From contig CAYJAB010000001.1 of NCBI GenBank assembly GCA_964368305.1, positions 28,109 to 92,108 of the forward strand: DNA of 64,000 nt, read 5' to 3'. The translations under genes were made by a program, and so were the position numbers. This document shows positions 1 through 10,890 of this stretch, piece after piece. The first letter of the stretch is position 1. Each line of letters opens with the position of its first letter. The DNA comes from an uncultured Erysipelotrichaceae bacterium (GTDB taxonomy: Bacteria; Bacillota_I; Bacilli_A; Erysipelotrichales; Erysipelotrichaceae). The notes under the pieces were generated by a model. The model did no database searches. It saw only the letters and a list, made by a program, of their open reading frames with translations, and had not been told where the DNA came from.

Positions 1-705
1 AACCCCTGCTGTTGGAAGCCATTTATGAAATGGAAAGACTGCTGCTTTTACACCAAATCCAAAGAAACATAATAAATATCCAAGTAAGATAATACTTTCG
101 TTTGCCTCAAATGAATTAAATGCAACGCCTCCATATACAAAATCTAAACTTGCTCCAAATTGATAAATAATCATCATACCAATAAAAGCTAAAGAAGCTC
201 CTGTAATTGAATACACTAAATATTGTCTTCCTGCTTTAACATCACGATTTTCCATCGAATGCATTACAAGTGGAAGTGTAATAAACGTTAATATTTCATA
301 CATTAAATAGAATGTTATAAGATTCGCAGAACTTGCAAGCCCTACAACCACTCCATACGTTGCTACGTAAAACGCAAAGAACTGATTTTTCTTTGAAAGA
401 TGCTCCATATACTCAAACGCATACAATGTTGCGATCGGCCATAAAACACTAATCAATACTAAGAAAATCTTACCAAGCCCATCAATATAAAACGCAATTT
501 CAAACCCTTTATTAATAGAGATTAAATTAATTGGTTGACTCATATCTGTAAAGATTAAAGCCATCACCATTAAACTTGTCGATACAACGACAAACATTGA
601 ATACACATTTCTCTTCTTAGAGTCATTTTCACTTATTTTTAGAAAAGGAAGTAAAAACCCTAATAAAATAGGAAACATGATTGCTATAAGTACTAAATAA
701 TCCAT
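1..705 (-). CDS. Mrp/NuoL-M-N family antiporter subunit (third MrpD-like paralog), 5' part only; continues past window start
   Basis: Reverse-complement translation from ATG at 705 (RBS AAGGGGAGG 9 nt upstream) gives MDYLVLIAIMFPILLGF...; multi-TM protein with FPFHKWLPTA-type motif of complex-I N/M/L / MrpD proton-pumping subunits; start overlaps stop of upstream mrpD-like gene (719). Confidence 0.7.
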   Translation of the reverse strand, partial: MDYLVLIAIMFPILLGFLLPFLKISENDSKKRNVYSMFVVVSTSLMVMALIFTDMSQPINLISINKGFEIAFYIDGLGKIFLVLISVLWPIATLYAFEYMEHLSKKNQFFAFYVATYGVVVGLASSANLITFYLMYEILTFITLPLVMHSMENRDVKAGRQYLVYSITGASLAFIGMMIIYQFGASLDFVYGGVAFNSFEANESIILLGYLLCFFGFGVKAAVFPFHKWLPTAGV

Positions 706-718
706 ATTTTACCTCCCC

Positions 719-2170
719 TTAAAATAACCCTTGAATAATCATATGAATAGGATCTGTCAATAAAGATGGCATCACCCCAAATAAGATTGTCATAAACACA
801 AGCACAGCCATCGGAACCAACATTACCTTATTTGCTTCAGATACATTTTCTTGCCCTGTATACGGTTTAAAATATGCTTGTATTGTAATAGTAAATAAAT
901 AGCCTGCAGTCAACAATGCACTCACTAAAAGCACAACAGGCCCTACCCAACTAATTATAGAATTCATTGTAGCCAATGAACCTGTCGCTAAATACCATTT
1001 AGAAACAAATCCTACAAGTGGTGGAATTCCAATCAACCCTAACCCTGCAATTGTAAACAATGCAAATGTATAAGGCATCTTTTTCCCTAGTCCATCTAAC
1101 TGATCTACACGTGTAAAATGACTCTTATAAATCACACTACCACTCACCATAAATAGAACATTTTTAATCAGTGCATGCGCTGCAATATGCAGTAAAGCAC
1201 CCATAAACGAAATCGCATTAAAGCAAAATAACCCAAATAAAATATACGATACTTGAGAAACAGTAGAATAAGCCAAACGCTTTTTCATAATTTTCTCTTT
1301 ATACGCCAACATAGATCCCATAAATACTGTAAATAATACTAAACATAAAATAACTGTTTGAACCCAACTCCCCATAATAAATTCATATCCAAACTGATAA
1401 TACACAACACGGATAATCGCAAGTACACCCGCTTTTGTAATAATACCAGATAGTAAAGAACTTGCAGCAGCAGGCGCTACAGGATGGGCTGTTGGAAGCC
1501 AAGAATGAAGTGGATAAAGACCCGCTTTCGCTCCAAACCCAATAATTGTCATAAAACATACTAATAATAATACATCTTTATTTTCATTCAAGACATCCAC
1601 ACTCATTACACCACCTTGTGTAAAGACTGTCGTATCCGCATAATTTGAGATAAAGAAAAATCCTAATAAACCAATCGTCGCCCCAAATACAGAATAAATT
1701 AAATATTTAATCGCTGCAGAAATTGATTCTGATGATTGAGAATGTAAGACCATCGGCATACTTGCAAAAGTTAAAATCTCAAAAAATAAATACATCGTTA
1801 AATAATTTCCACTTAAACATACCCCATTCATCGCACCAAATGAGATTAAAAAGAAGCTATAGAAACGAGGATGATTCGCTTCATGTTTCATATACTCTAA
1901 ACTATAAATCCCAACAAACAACCATACAAAGTTCACAATAATTAAGAAAAACTTACCCAATCCATCCGCATTTAACCCAATTGTCAATTCTTCAGAAAAC
2001 GCAAGATATTCAGTATAACTTTGTGGTGTAATCACTACCATAACCGCTAAGAAAAAAGTTAAAAACAATGCAACTGTTACATAAATATTTCTTTTCTTTT
2101 CCACTTTATTGAACGGTAGGAAATAACAAAGTGCGCCAAACACAATTGGCAATAATGTAGTAAATAACAT
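719..2170 (-). CDS. mrpD: Na+/H+ antiporter MrpD / NADH-quinone oxidoreductase subunit N/M-like membrane subunit (483 aa)
   Basis: Polytopic protein with conserved HSWLPTAHPVAPAAAS..., GAMNGV, LAYSTVSQ motifs of NuoM/N/MrpD family. Confidence 0.8.
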   Translation of the reverse strand: MLFTTLLPIVFGALCYFLPFNKVEKKRNIYVTVALFLTFFLAVMVVITPQSYTEYLAFSEELTIGLNADGLGKFFLIIVNFVWLFVGIYSLEYMKHEANHPRFYSFFLISFGAMNGVCLSGNYLTMYLFFEILTFASMPMVLHSQSSESISAAIKYLIYSVFGATIGLLGFFFISNYADTTVFTQGGVMSVDVLNENKDVLLLVCFMTIIGFGAKAGLYPLHSWLPTAHPVAPAAASSLLSGIITKAGVLAIIRVVYYQFGYEFIMGSWVQTVILCLVLFTVFMGSMLAYKEKIMKKRLAYSTVSQVSYILFGLFCFNAISFMGALLHIAAHALIKNVLFMVSGSVIYKSHFTRVDQLDGLGKKMPYTFALFTIAGLGLIGIPPLVGFVSKWYLATGSLATMNSIISWVGPVVLLVSALLTAGYLFTITIQAYFKPYTGQENVSEANKVMLVPMAVLVFMTILFGVMPSLLTDPIHMIIQGLF

Positions 2171-2181
2171 ATTTTCCTCCC

Positions 2182-3675
2182 TTACTTAAACATGGAAATT
2201 CCATTTTGTAACATTTCATTAAATTGACCACCAAATACCCCTAACATAAAGTTAAGAACGATAAATCCAATAATAGAAAATTTATATGAAAGTGTTTTTC
2301 TTGATTCTGTACTTTCTGAATTCTTTTTATTTGTGAATAATACAAATAAAACCGGAATATAATAGAAAGCATTTAGAACTGTAGAAATCGCTAATACAAT
2401 TAAAGCCGCAAACATTTTCAATGATTCAAACTCAATTGCTGAAACAGTTAATAATGCTTTTGCACTAAATCCTGCAAAAAAAGGTATCCCAATCATCGAC
2501 AGCGATCCAATTACAAACGCAATCCCTGCCCATACATCTCTAAAACCAGCACCTTGAATTGATTTGAAGTCTTTTTTACCATTTGATACACGCATAATTC
2601 CACCTGTTGCGACAAATAGTAATGGTTTTGTAATCGCATGCGCTAAAATTTGAAGACATGCTGCAACCAAACCAATCTCTGTACCAAGCCCAATTCCTAA
2701 ATATATATATCCAATTTGAGCTACAGATGAATACGCCAACATTTCTTTTAAATCTTTCTTTTTCATTGCTTTTACTGACCCAAAAATCATAGCAATTAAT
2801 CCAAAGATAAATAAGATGTCTGTTGCACCAGAACTAAAGATATTTTCAATTCCAATCATACGATAGAATATTTTAATTAATAAGAAAATATATCCTTTTG
2901 ATACAATACTCGATAAAATCGTAGTCGATGCAATTGTCGAGTGCTGATATACATCAGGAAGCCATGAATGAAATGGAAAACAAGCACTCTTAATCGCAAG
3001 CCCCATACTAAATAATGCCATCGTAACACCAAGTGGGAATACATATGCCCCTGTTTCAAATAATACTTGAACACTTTCTTGGATGTTTTGCATTAAAAGA
3101 TGACCTGTTAAATCATAAATAATTGAAGTCCCGATTAAAAATAAACCAGACCCTAATAAACTCATAAATAAATAACGGACAGTTGCCACAAGTGCTTTTC
3201 CACTTTTATAACGAATCATAACAAGTGAACAAGATGCAATCGTATTAATCTCTACAAATACATAACTTGTAAATAAGTCATTTGTATATACCAAAGCCAA
3301 CAATGAACTCATTAATAATAAAGCTAAAGAATAATATAAATTAATTTTAGAATGTTCTACATCATCTTCAACTTCTTTTAAACCACCTAAAAGTGATAAA
3401 ATCATAATCCCAGAAAATGCAGTTGCAAAGATTCCTTCTAAAACCCCTACGCGAATTTCATTTCCCCATGGAGCAGGAAAATGCCCCATCATATAGTTGT
3501 ATGCCTCATTTGTAGATACAACAAACAACAATGTCATGAGTGAAAGTATAAATACAACCACCAATACACTTAAACCAAAATACTTCGCTTTTTTCCCTTT
3601 TAACAATGAACAAATCACTCCTGAAGAAAGAGTCATAATGATTGTAAAAAACGGAAAGTTTTGTACAAATTCCAT
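2182..3675 (-). CDS. MrpD/MrpA-like (NuoL/M family) antiporter subunit, second paralog
   Basis: FPFHSWLPDVYQ, LAYSSVAQIGYI motifs; likely true start ATG at 3675 with GGAGG RBS (MEFVQNFPFF...), 2 nt before mrpC-like stop. Confidence 0.75.
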   Translation of the reverse strand: MEFVQNFPFFTIIMTLSSGVICSLLKGKKAKYFGLSVLVVVFILSLMTLLFVVSTNEAYNYMMGHFPAPWGNEIRVGVLEGIFATAFSGIMILSLLGGLKEVEDDVEHSKINLYYSLALLLMSSLLALVYTNDLFTSYVFVEINTIASCSLVMIRYKSGKALVATVRYLFMSLLGSGLFLIGTSIIYDLTGHLLMQNIQESVQVLFETGAYVFPLGVTMALFSMGLAIKSACFPFHSWLPDVYQHSTIASTTILSSIVSKGYIFLLIKIFYRMIGIENIFSSGATDILFIFGLIAMIFGSVKAMKKKDLKEMLAYSSVAQIGYIYLGIGLGTEIGLVAACLQILAHAITKPLLFVATGGIMRVSNGKKDFKSIQGAGFRDVWAGIAFVIGSLSMIGIPFFAGFSAKALLTVSAIEFESLKMFAALIVLAISTVLNAFYYIPVLFVLFTNKKNSESTESRKTLSYKFSIIGFIVLNFMLGVFGGQFNEMLQNGISMFK

Positions 3676-3676
3676 C

Positions 3677-4048
3677 TTATTCTTCCTCCAATTTCGCAAG
3701 GCGCATGATTTCTTCAATATCTAAAGTGTGATAACGATAATATAAACGAATCGTAAGCGCTAATAAAAATGAAGTAACACTTACTGATACTACGATTCCC
3801 GTTAATACAAGACCACTTGGAATTGGATTTATATAAGCCTCTACATCTTGAATCCCATCGACAATAATCGGTGCTTTTCTTCCAAATATATACCCTTTAG
3901 AAGCTAAGAATAAATATATTCCACTATCCATAAAGTTAAATCCAACGATTTTTTTTATTAAGTTTTTATCTAAAAGAAGAGTTGTAAATCCAATACCAAA
4001 AATAATGATGGCCGTTGTTTCATAAAAATTCGTTAATAAATGACTCAT
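3677..4048 (-). CDS. mrpC: MrpC / NuoK-like small membrane subunit
   Basis: ~120 aa, 3 TM, ...GFNFMDSGIYLFLAS... typical NuoK/MrpC; RBS GGGAGG before ATG at 4048. Confidence 0.7.
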   Translation of the reverse strand: MSHLLTNFYETTAIIIFGIGFTTLLLDKNLIKKIVGFNFMDSGIYLFLASKGYIFGRKAPIIVDGIQDVEAYINPIPSGLVLTGIVVSVSVTSFLLALTIRLYYRYHTLDIEEIMRLAKLEEE

Positions 4049-4049
4049 C

Positions 4050-5024
4050 TTACAATCCTCCCTTTCTAAATAATGCGAATAATGTATACATCGTACAAGC
4101 AACGACTAAACCAACACAAATATTCAATGGTAAAATCAATCCCGCACTTAAAATATCCCCAGGTGTCCCTAAAGTAATACCACTATCAAAATGATTTGCC
4201 CCCATATAGAATGAATATGTTTTTAAACCTGCATAGGTAATCAATGATAAAAATGATACTGTTTGAAATGTTCTATAAGAAAAGAACTGTCTTGTCTTTT
4301 TAAATCCAAACGCATTGTTGTAAAGAATCAAAGCAGAACCAATTATTGCTCCACCTGCAAATCCTCCACCTGCAGAAATATGTCCATTTAAAATAACATA
4401 AATTCCAAACAAAACCATGATTGGGAATAAAAACGTCGTAAAATACTGTAACACAGAATCATTTCTAGGTTCATATTTACGGTCATATCCTTCATCAAAA
4501 ATTTTACTATGCTTTTTAAGACTTCCGTCTTTACGATAATCTAAACGCAACAAAATCATAACACTGACAGCAGAAATAAAAAGTACATGTGCTTCCCCTA
4601 ATGTATCAAATGCACGATAATCTAAAATAAGACCCGCTACAATGTTCACAGCCCCTGTCTCTTGTAGACCTTGTTCAATATATCTTTGACTCACTTCATT
4701 GTTTACAGCATTATTAGGATCACCAAATGCAGGTAAAAATGATACTGTCGTTAACAATACGCCAATAATAACAACCGCAATAACTACAGAAATAATAGAA
4801 TTAAATTTCTTATAATTATTAATCATAAAATCACTAATTTGTTTCTTTAAAGTAGAAAAAATAGAATCTTTCACATTTTCAGTTTGAATTTTTCTTTCAT
4901 TCTCATCTAAAAAATCATTTCTTTTTAATACAGACTCAGGCGTATAATCCTCTACTGGATCTCCATTTACCCAATGGACAAAACGTCTCCAACCAGAGTA
5001 CTCATAATCTTCTCTAATCTTCAT
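4050..5024 (-). CDS. mrpB: MrpB/MnhB-like subunit with N- and C-terminal extensions
   Basis: Contains MnhB signatures GAVNIVAGLILDYRAFDTLGE and LNGHISAGGGFAGGAII; ~95 aa cytoplasmic N-terminal extension and extra C-terminal TM region; RBS GAGGGGG before ATG 5024. Confidence 0.7.
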   Translation of the reverse strand: MKIREDYEYSGWRRFVHWVNGDPVEDYTPESVLKRNDFLDENERKIQTENVKDSIFSTLKKQISDFMINNYKKFNSIISVVIAVVIIGVLLTTVSFLPAFGDPNNAVNNEVSQRYIEQGLQETGAVNIVAGLILDYRAFDTLGEAHVLFISAVSVMILLRLDYRKDGSLKKHSKIFDEGYDRKYEPRNDSVLQYFTTFLFPIMVLFGIYVILNGHISAGGGFAGGAIIGSALILYNNAFGFKKTRQFFSYRTFQTVSFLSLITYAGLKTYSFYMGANHFDSGITLGTPGDILSAGLILPLNICVGLVVACTMYTLFALFRKGGL

Positions 5025-5271
5025 GTTGTTCCCCCTCATCAATTAAATGTATTTTCTTAAATGTCGCAAAGAATAATAAAGTCGTTACCCCTGCCCCTAC
5101 CGCAGCTTCTGTGATTGCTAAATCTGGAGATTCAATTAAAATCCAAATTACACACATAACTACAGAAAAACCTGCATAAATAATAATAGACGTCAAAACA
5201 TCTTTTGTAAGTGATACACACACTGCACAAACAATTAAATAGATGCATAATATTATTGCAAAAAATGTCAT
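5014..5271 (-). CDS. DUF4040 / MrpA-C-terminal(MbhD)-like small membrane subunit
   Basis: 85 aa, ...DLAITEAAVGAGVTTLLF... motif of MnhB-N/DUF4040 domain. Confidence 0.6.
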   Translation of the reverse strand: MTFFAIILCIYLIVCAVCVSLTKDVLTSIIIYAGFSVVMCVIWILIESPDLAITEAAVGAGVTTLLFFATFKKIHLIDEGEQHED

Positions 5272-5591
5272 TCTACAATCACCTCTACTTCTTCCATAAG
5301 ATTTGGATTTGTTAATACTTCCATTTGCACTAACAAGTGGCTACTTGTTGGTGATGAAATCCAGAAAAACACGATAACCAATAGAAGTTTCAATGCCAAC
5401 CATCCAATTCCACTATAAAAAATCAACCCCAATAATATAAATAAAATCCCTAAAGTATCTTCCATTGCTGAAACTTGCATACGATTTAATACATACTTGA
5501 AATGGAAATTTCCAAATACCGATGTACTTACAATAACAAGTCCAATAAGTATCAATACTGTTCCAATAATTAGTCCTATTACTTCCATCAT
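5268..5591 (-). CDS. mrpG: Na+/H+ antiporter subunit G (MrpG/MnhG)
   Basis: 107 aa, 3 TM, NRMQVSAMEDTLG motif; overlaps neighbours by 4 nt (operon). Confidence 0.7.
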   Translation of the reverse strand: MMEVIGLIIGTVLILIGLVIVSTSVFGNFHFKYVLNRMQVSAMEDTLGILFILLGLIFYSGIGWLALKLLLVIVFFWISSPTSSHLLVQMEVLTNPNLMEEVEVIVE

Positions 5592-5902
5592 TCTTGGTCA
5601 TCCTCCACTCTTTGTTTCATCATACGTTCGTTATATACTCCAAGATAAATTCTTGTAAACAACACAATACTTAAGAAACTAAACATTGCATAAATAAGTG
5701 CCATATCCACAAGCCCTGTTTCATTTAAATACACAGCTAAAATACATATCAATAAGATAACCTGCGTACCAATCATATTAATAGCTAAAAGACGGTCGCT
5801 GATTCTTGGTCCGATAATCGTACGTACAAACGTAGAAAAAATCATTAACGCTAAAATGATCATCGTAGCGATCATTATAAAATTTTTGATATCTTGAATC
5901 AT
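5588..5902 (-). CDS. mrpF: Na+/H+ antiporter subunit F (MrpF/MnhF)
   Basis: 104 aa, IIGPRISDRLLAINMIG motif typical of MrpF/PhaF. Confidence 0.7.
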   Translation of the reverse strand: MIQDIKNFIMIATMIILALMIFSTFVRTIIGPRISDRLLAINMIGTQVILLICILAVYLNETGLVDMALIYAMFSFLSIVLFTRIYLGVYNERMMKQRVEDDQE

Positions 5903-6366
5903 GCTGCACCCTCCTCTAATTTTCTAAGTACTTTCACAAAAGCGCACTCACTCAATCCTTTGCCAAGTTCACGATCTAAACAGTGCACTGTAAATTCGTT
6001 TTCTTCTATTGAAGATGTGATTGTCCCTGGTGTTAACGTAATACAATTTGCTAGAATTGATTTCGCCCACTCCGTTTTCAAATCCACTTGAAAAATCACA
6101 ATTACCGGTTCCATACGATATTTATTAGAGAAAATCCAATAAAGTAATTGCTCATTTGATTTCGCTATCTCAATTGTTAATACAAACAATAATTCCAAGA
6201 TATACTTAATTTTTTTCAAAATGAAAAAATCATTTTTTAACTTATAATCCATGAATTTAACCATAAACCAAGTTAAAAAGAATGATATTACAACTCCGAT
6301 TAATGTGACTTCTAATGTGATTCGTCCATTAAACATAATCCATATTAATAACAATATTACGAACAT
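5899..6366 (-). CDS. mrpE: Na+/H+ antiporter subunit E (MrpE/MnhE)
   Basis: 155 aa, NCITLTPGTITS motif of MnhE; first gene of the E-F-G-B'-B-C-D-D-D cluster; AAGGGG RBS and TTGACT -35-like upstream. Confidence 0.7.
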   Translation of the reverse strand: MFVILLLIWIMFNGRITLEVTLIGVVISFFLTWFMVKFMDYKLKNDFFILKKIKYILELLFVLTIEIAKSNEQLLYWIFSNKYRMEPVIVIFQVDLKTEWAKSILANCITLTPGTITSSIEENEFTVHCLDRELGKGLSECAFVKVLRKLEEGAA

Positions 6367-6473
6367 AACAAAAAACCCCTTTTTTTACATAACATATTAA
6401 TTTTATATCTTTTATTTTATAAGTCAAATTTATTTTACGATAAATCCCACTTTTTTCACAAATTTTAACTTTT

Positions 6474-6505
6474 ATATAAAAAAAGTAGAAATAAATTTCT
6501 ACTTT
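6474..6505 (-). terminator. rho-independent terminator after ftsH
   Basis: Perfect 11-bp stem AAAGTAGAAAT/ATTTCTACTTT (6482-6505) followed by U-run on minus strand. Confidence 0.7.
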
Positions 6506-6511
6506 TCCTAA

Positions 6512-8458
6512 TTACTCCTTCGTTTCTTCTTTTGTCTCAACAATAACTTCTTCTGTATTTTCTTGATTTGTCTCAACAGGTGTCTCTTCAACTTTTTCCT
6601 CTTCTAGTTTAGGAATCTCCGCAAACACAATTTCTTTACCATTCAACAAATCTTCAATTTGTTCTGCAGTTAAAGTATCATGTTCAAGTAATGCATCCGC
6701 TATTTTAATTAAATCCTCGCTGTTTTCAGTGATGATTTTTTTCGCTTCTGCATAACAAGAATCAATAATTTGACGAATAGCTTGATCAATTTCAAATGCA
6801 ACTTGTCCTGATGTATTTTGTGAATTACTATAATCTCTTCCTAAGAATACATTACCACCTGATTGTTGGTATTGAATTGGTCCAAGTTCACTCATACCAA
6901 ATTGCGTTACCATTGCTCTAGCAATTTTTGTCGCTTCTTCAATATCATTACTTGCTCCAGTAGAGATTTCTTTAAAGAATACCTCTTCTGCTACACGTCC
7001 ACCTAAGTATCCTGTAATTCTACTCATTAAATCAGTTTTTGTATTTAAGAACTTTTCTTCCTTAGGTGTCATTAAGTTATAACCACCCGCAACACCACGA
7101 GGAATAATTGTAATTTTTTGTACAATATTTGAATCATTTAATTTTAATCCAATAATCGCATGTCCTGATTCATGATATGCAACCAATTTTCTTTCTTTTT
7201 CAGAATATTTTTTACTTTTCTTAGCAGGACCCATCATAACACGATCAATTGCTTCATCTAATAAACGCATATCAATTAACGCTTTATTTTCACGTACAGC
7301 TAAAATTGCAGCTTCATTTAAAACATTTTCTAAATCCGCTCCAGAGAATCCTGGCGTACGTTTTGCAATGTTATCTAAATCTACAGATGCATCTAATTTT
7401 TTATTTCTTGCATGTACATGTAAGATTTCTTTTCTTCCTTTACGATCTGGAAGATTTACTGTGATCTGTCTATCAAAACGACCTGGTCTTAATAAAGCAG
7501 GGTCTAAAACATCTGGACGGTTTGTCGCAGAAATAATTAAGACACCACTGTTATCCGTAATCCCATCCATTTCAACTAATAATTGGTTAAGTGTTTGTTC
7601 ACGTTCATCGTGTCCTCCACCAACACCAGCTCCTCTTTCGCGCCCTACCGCATCAATTTCATCAATAAAAATCATACAAGGTGCAGTTTGTTGTGCTTTT
7701 TTGAACATATCGCGTACACGACTTGCCCCAACCCCGACAAACATTTCTACGAAATCACTCCCTGAAATAGAATAGAATGGAGCATCTGCCTCACCGGCTA
7801 CTGCTTTTGCAAGTAGTGTTTTCCCAGTTCCTGGAGGACCTACCATTAAAATCCCTTTTGGAATACGTGCTCCCATTTTTGAGAATTTCTTTGGATTTTT
7901 TAAATACTCGATTAACTCGCGCATTTCTTCTTTTTCTTCTTCACACCCTGCAACATCATCGAACTTAACATTAATGTCACTTTCAAGTCTTGCACGTGTT
8001 TTACTAAATTCAAATGCTTTATTATTTCCACCATTGTTCATTCGCGTTAATACGAAAAACGCAAATCCACCAATTAGTAGAAATGGTACAAATGACATAA
8101 TTAAATCTAACCATGGATTTGTCTGATATGGATCAACAACCGTCAATTTTTCTTCGCTTACTTGCGCTTCAAGCGCACTCATAAGTCCTGCAATTTCTTC
8201 ATCTGTATTTGGAATACGTGATGTAAAATCAACTTCCAATCCATTTTCAGTATATACACCTGATACATTTACAACATTGTTTGAAACAGATACTTTTGCC
8301 TCAACAATACTACCACTTTCTAATACTTCATTAAAAGCATTATAGTCTAAATTTTTTGATGTTGAACCTCCATCAAGAGAGAACATCATCAACATAATTG
8401 AAACCAATACTAAGTACGGCAGTACACTTAAAATATTCTTATTACGCACTACATACAC
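6512..8458 (-). CDS. ftsH: ATP-dependent zinc metalloprotease FtsH
   Basis: AAA+ Walker [22 protein letters not shown], zinc motif HESGHA; 648 aa. Confidence 0.95.
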   Translation of the reverse strand: MYVVRNKNILSVLPYLVLVSIMLMMFSLDGGSTSKNLDYNAFNEVLESGSIVEAKVSVSNNVVNVSGVYTENGLEVDFTSRIPNTDEEIAGLMSALEAQVSEEKLTVVDPYQTNPWLDLIMSFVPFLLIGGFAFFVLTRMNNGGNNKAFEFSKTRARLESDINVKFDDVAGCEEEKEEMRELIEYLKNPKKFSKMGARIPKGILMVGPPGTGKTLLAKAVAGEADAPFYSISGSDFVEMFVGVGASRVRDMFKKAQQTAPCMIFIDEIDAVGRERGAGVGGGHDEREQTLNQLLVEMDGITDNSGVLIISATNRPDVLDPALLRPGRFDRQITVNLPDRKGRKEILHVHARNKKLDASVDLDNIAKRTPGFSGADLENVLNEAAILAVRENKALIDMRLLDEAIDRVMMGPAKKSKKYSEKERKLVAYHESGHAIIGLKLNDSNIVQKITIIPRGVAGGYNLMTPKEEKFLNTKTDLMSRITGYLGGRVAEEVFFKEISTGASNDIEEATKIARAMVTQFGMSELGPIQYQQSGGNVFLGRDYSNSQNTSGQVAFEIDQAIRQIIDSCYAEAKKIITENSEDLIKIADALLEHDTLTAEQIEDLLNGKEIVFAEIPKLEEEKVEETPVETNQENTEEVIVETKEETKE

Positions 8459-8464
8459 CTCTTT

Positions 8465-9004
8465 CTATTTATAAACTTCTTCCTTTAACACACCAACATA
8501 AGGTAAGTTACGATATTTTTCGTTATAATCTAATCCAAACCCAATTACAAATTCATCTGGAATTGTGAATCCAACATATTCCGCATGAATATCACAAACT
8601 CTACGGCTTGGTTTATCTAATAAAGATACAACTTTAACATCTGCTGCCCCTTTATTATATAACAACCTTTTAACTTCTGTAAGTGTTCTTCCTGTATCGA
8701 CAATATCTTCCACAAGTAAAATGTGGTGTCCTTTTACTGTACGATCCAAATCTTTTAATATTCTAATATCTCCAATTGATTCTGTACCCTCGTAACTTGA
8801 TACATCCATAAAGTCTATTTCAATATCTAAATCAATATGTTTAATTAATTCAGATAAAAATGGAACAGACCCTTTTAGTAAAGCTACTAAAAGAGGTGTC
8901 GTTGGACATTCTTTATAATCTTGTACGATCTCTTGACCTAATTCTTTACATCTTTCATAAATCTTTTTTTCTTCAACTAGTATTTCACGTAGATCTTTAT
9001 GCAT
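8465..9004 (-). CDS. hpt: hypoxanthine phosphoribosyltransferase
   Basis: PRPP-binding motif LLVEDIVDTGRTL; 179 aa; conserved tilS-hpt-ftsH order. Confidence 0.9.
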   Translation of the reverse strand: MHKDLREILVEEKKIYERCKELGQEIVQDYKECPTTPLLVALLKGSVPFLSELIKHIDLDIEIDFMDVSSYEGTESIGDIRILKDLDRTVKGHHILLVEDIVDTGRTLTEVKRLLYNKGAADVKVVSLLDKPSRRVCDIHAEYVGFTIPDEFVIGFGLDYNEKYRNLPYVGVLKEEVYK

Positions 9005-9028
9005 TGTTAATCCTCCTACATAATAGTA

Positions 9029-10255
9029 TTATTTTATCACAAACAAATTAGGATTGTTAGAGTAATGATGCACATTGCACCCAATTTTATGCACAAATAT
9101 GACTTCTTCATTGCAATTCACAACCACAGGCCAACTCTTTCTTAACTTCAATGGTATTTTACGATCAATAAACCAACGATTCACCTTTTTTGTCCCATAT
9201 CTTAATAAGATAGCATCTCCTTGTTTGAAGTTTCTTATTTTTATTGGAAAATCATCTTTTGAAACTGTAATCCCTTCAATTTTTTCTCCTTTGTTTGTAA
9301 TCTCAAAATAATCTGTTTTAAAGTACTCTACTTTAGATAAAACATATTCATAGGACTCCCTTATATCTAAATAATATACCCGGTTTTCATGTTTATATAA
9401 ATGTATCTTTTTGTATACATATACCGTATTTTCCTTTTTAGATATCCATTGATCTATTCCTTTTAATTTCTTGATAGAAAATCGATATGCACTTTGATCA
9501 ATCTGATATACAAACCACTTCCTTAAAGCTTCTAATCGAATATCTATTGATTTACTTAAATACGATTCAATCTTAAATTCTGTATTTATCTCTAAATACA
9601 ATTCATCGATTTTTTTATTTTGTTTTTCTAATGATTGATTCATATTTTCAATAATACTAACATACACTTCTTTATCTTGTCTCTTTAAATGATTTACTAC
9701 TTCTAGTCTTATTTTATTTCTCGTATATCTTTTATCTAAATTAGATTCATCTACTCCATATTCAATTTGATGTTTATTACAATATTCTTCTAACTCTTCT
9801 TTTGTTTGATTTATAAAAGGACGTTTTATTAAGTATCCATCTATATTAGTATTCTCTTTTATACCATAATACATCGGAATACTTTTTCTTTTTACCTGCA
9901 TAAGATAAGTCTCAATCACATCATCCATATGATGTGCCACAATAATTGCTTTTGCATCATATTTATCCACAAGCTGTTTAAAAAACTGATACCTTACATC
10001 TCTTGCATATGCTTGAAAATTAGATTTCTTATTCTCTTTCGCATCCAACACTTCTAGTTTTAGTTGATGTTTTAAACAAAATTTTTCCACAATTTCTTGG
10101 TCTCGCTGTGCGGTTTCTCTTTTATGATAATTCACATGCGCTACAACTAAATTGCCCATACTTAAAGAAGCATGCAATAAAGCCATTGAATCGCATCCTC
10201 CACTTACACCAATGATAAAAGTTTCTTTTGTCATATTTATCACCGTCATTATCAT
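9029..10255 (-). CDS. tilS: tRNA(Ile)-lysidine synthetase
   Basis: N-terminal PP-loop SGGCDSMALLH; 408 aa. Confidence 0.85.
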   Translation of the reverse strand: MIMTVINMTKETFIIGVSGGCDSMALLHASLSMGNLVVAHVNYHKRETAQRDQEIVEKFCLKHQLKLEVLDAKENKKSNFQAYARDVRYQFFKQLVDKYDAKAIIVAHHMDDVIETYLMQVKRKSIPMYYGIKENTNIDGYLIKRPFINQTKEELEEYCNKHQIEYGVDESNLDKRYTRNKIRLEVVNHLKRQDKEVYVSIIENMNQSLEKQNKKIDELYLEINTEFKIESYLSKSIDIRLEALRKWFVYQIDQSAYRFSIKKLKGIDQWISKKENTVYVYKKIHLYKHENRVYYLDIRESYEYVLSKVEYFKTDYFEITNKGEKIEGITVSKDDFPIKIRNFKQGDAILLRYGTKKVNRWFIDRKIPLKLRKSWPVVVNCNEEVIFVHKIGCNVHHYSNNPNLFVIK

Positions 10256-10288
10256 ACCATTATATCTATCTTTTCGTATAGAGTTATC

Positions 10289-10848
10289 TTAAAGATCTAA
10301 GCATTCTTTCACCCTGTTTTTTATTGATAAGAATAGCTTTGACTCTACATCTATGTGCCCTTTAATTTCTATTACTCTTGATGTATTCACAAACTTACTG
10401 TCATTTAAAAACAACACAGACTTACGATTTAATCCATCCATATCTGGAAGTCGCATTAAATGTTTCTTGCCACACGGATACTCTTTTTCACAATAACTTT
10501 GAAAATACGTACTTTCATTACTTGTCATTGGTACGACAAAAGCCTTAGCATTGTTCATACTAATCACAACTCCAAAATGTTGAAATCCTGCTTCATTGAT
10601 ATATGCTTTCCCAAAATCTATGTAACATACATCTCCTATTTTTACTTTAAACCCTAAAAGCTCACTCGATTTATAACGCTTTCTAATTTCATAGTTTATT
10701 TCACTTACAAGTATCTTCTTTAATTCAAACTCTTTTAATTCCTTGTTCACTTCATTTGTTAACTTTAAATACGCATCTAATAGCTCTTTACTGTTCTCTT
10801 TTTTTACGCGTGTTTTATACAATAAATCATTCCATTCTATATTTGTCA
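10289..10848 (-). CDS. hypothetical protein with C-terminal MazF/PemK(CcdB-fold)-like domain and N-terminal helical extension
   Basis: Likely start ATG 10848 (GGAGG RBS; MTNIEWNDLLYK...). C-terminal ~110 aa: IGDVCYIDFGKAYINEAGFQHFGVVIS...AFVVPMTSN...VLFLNDSKFVNTSRV matches MazF/PemK pattern (GDl.wvDF.P..G.E..g.RPavVlS....cvP.Ts....ad.v.si...R). Confidence 0.5.
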
Positions 10849-10890
10849 TATTTTCCTCCATTATTAAATACGACACCTCTTATAAAACAC

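Noticed and set aside
1723-1941. Plus-strand 72-aa ORF (and the many other 60-160-aa plus-strand ORFs listed in the track, e.g. 7368-7775, 16907-17251, 27677-28036, 36872-37315, 37410-37892, 41204-41560, 59962-60264, 61011-61443)
   Set aside because: All lie antisense inside well-supported minus-strand genes, have low-complexity or biased composition, and lack RBSs. They are typical shadow ORFs of an AT-rich genome
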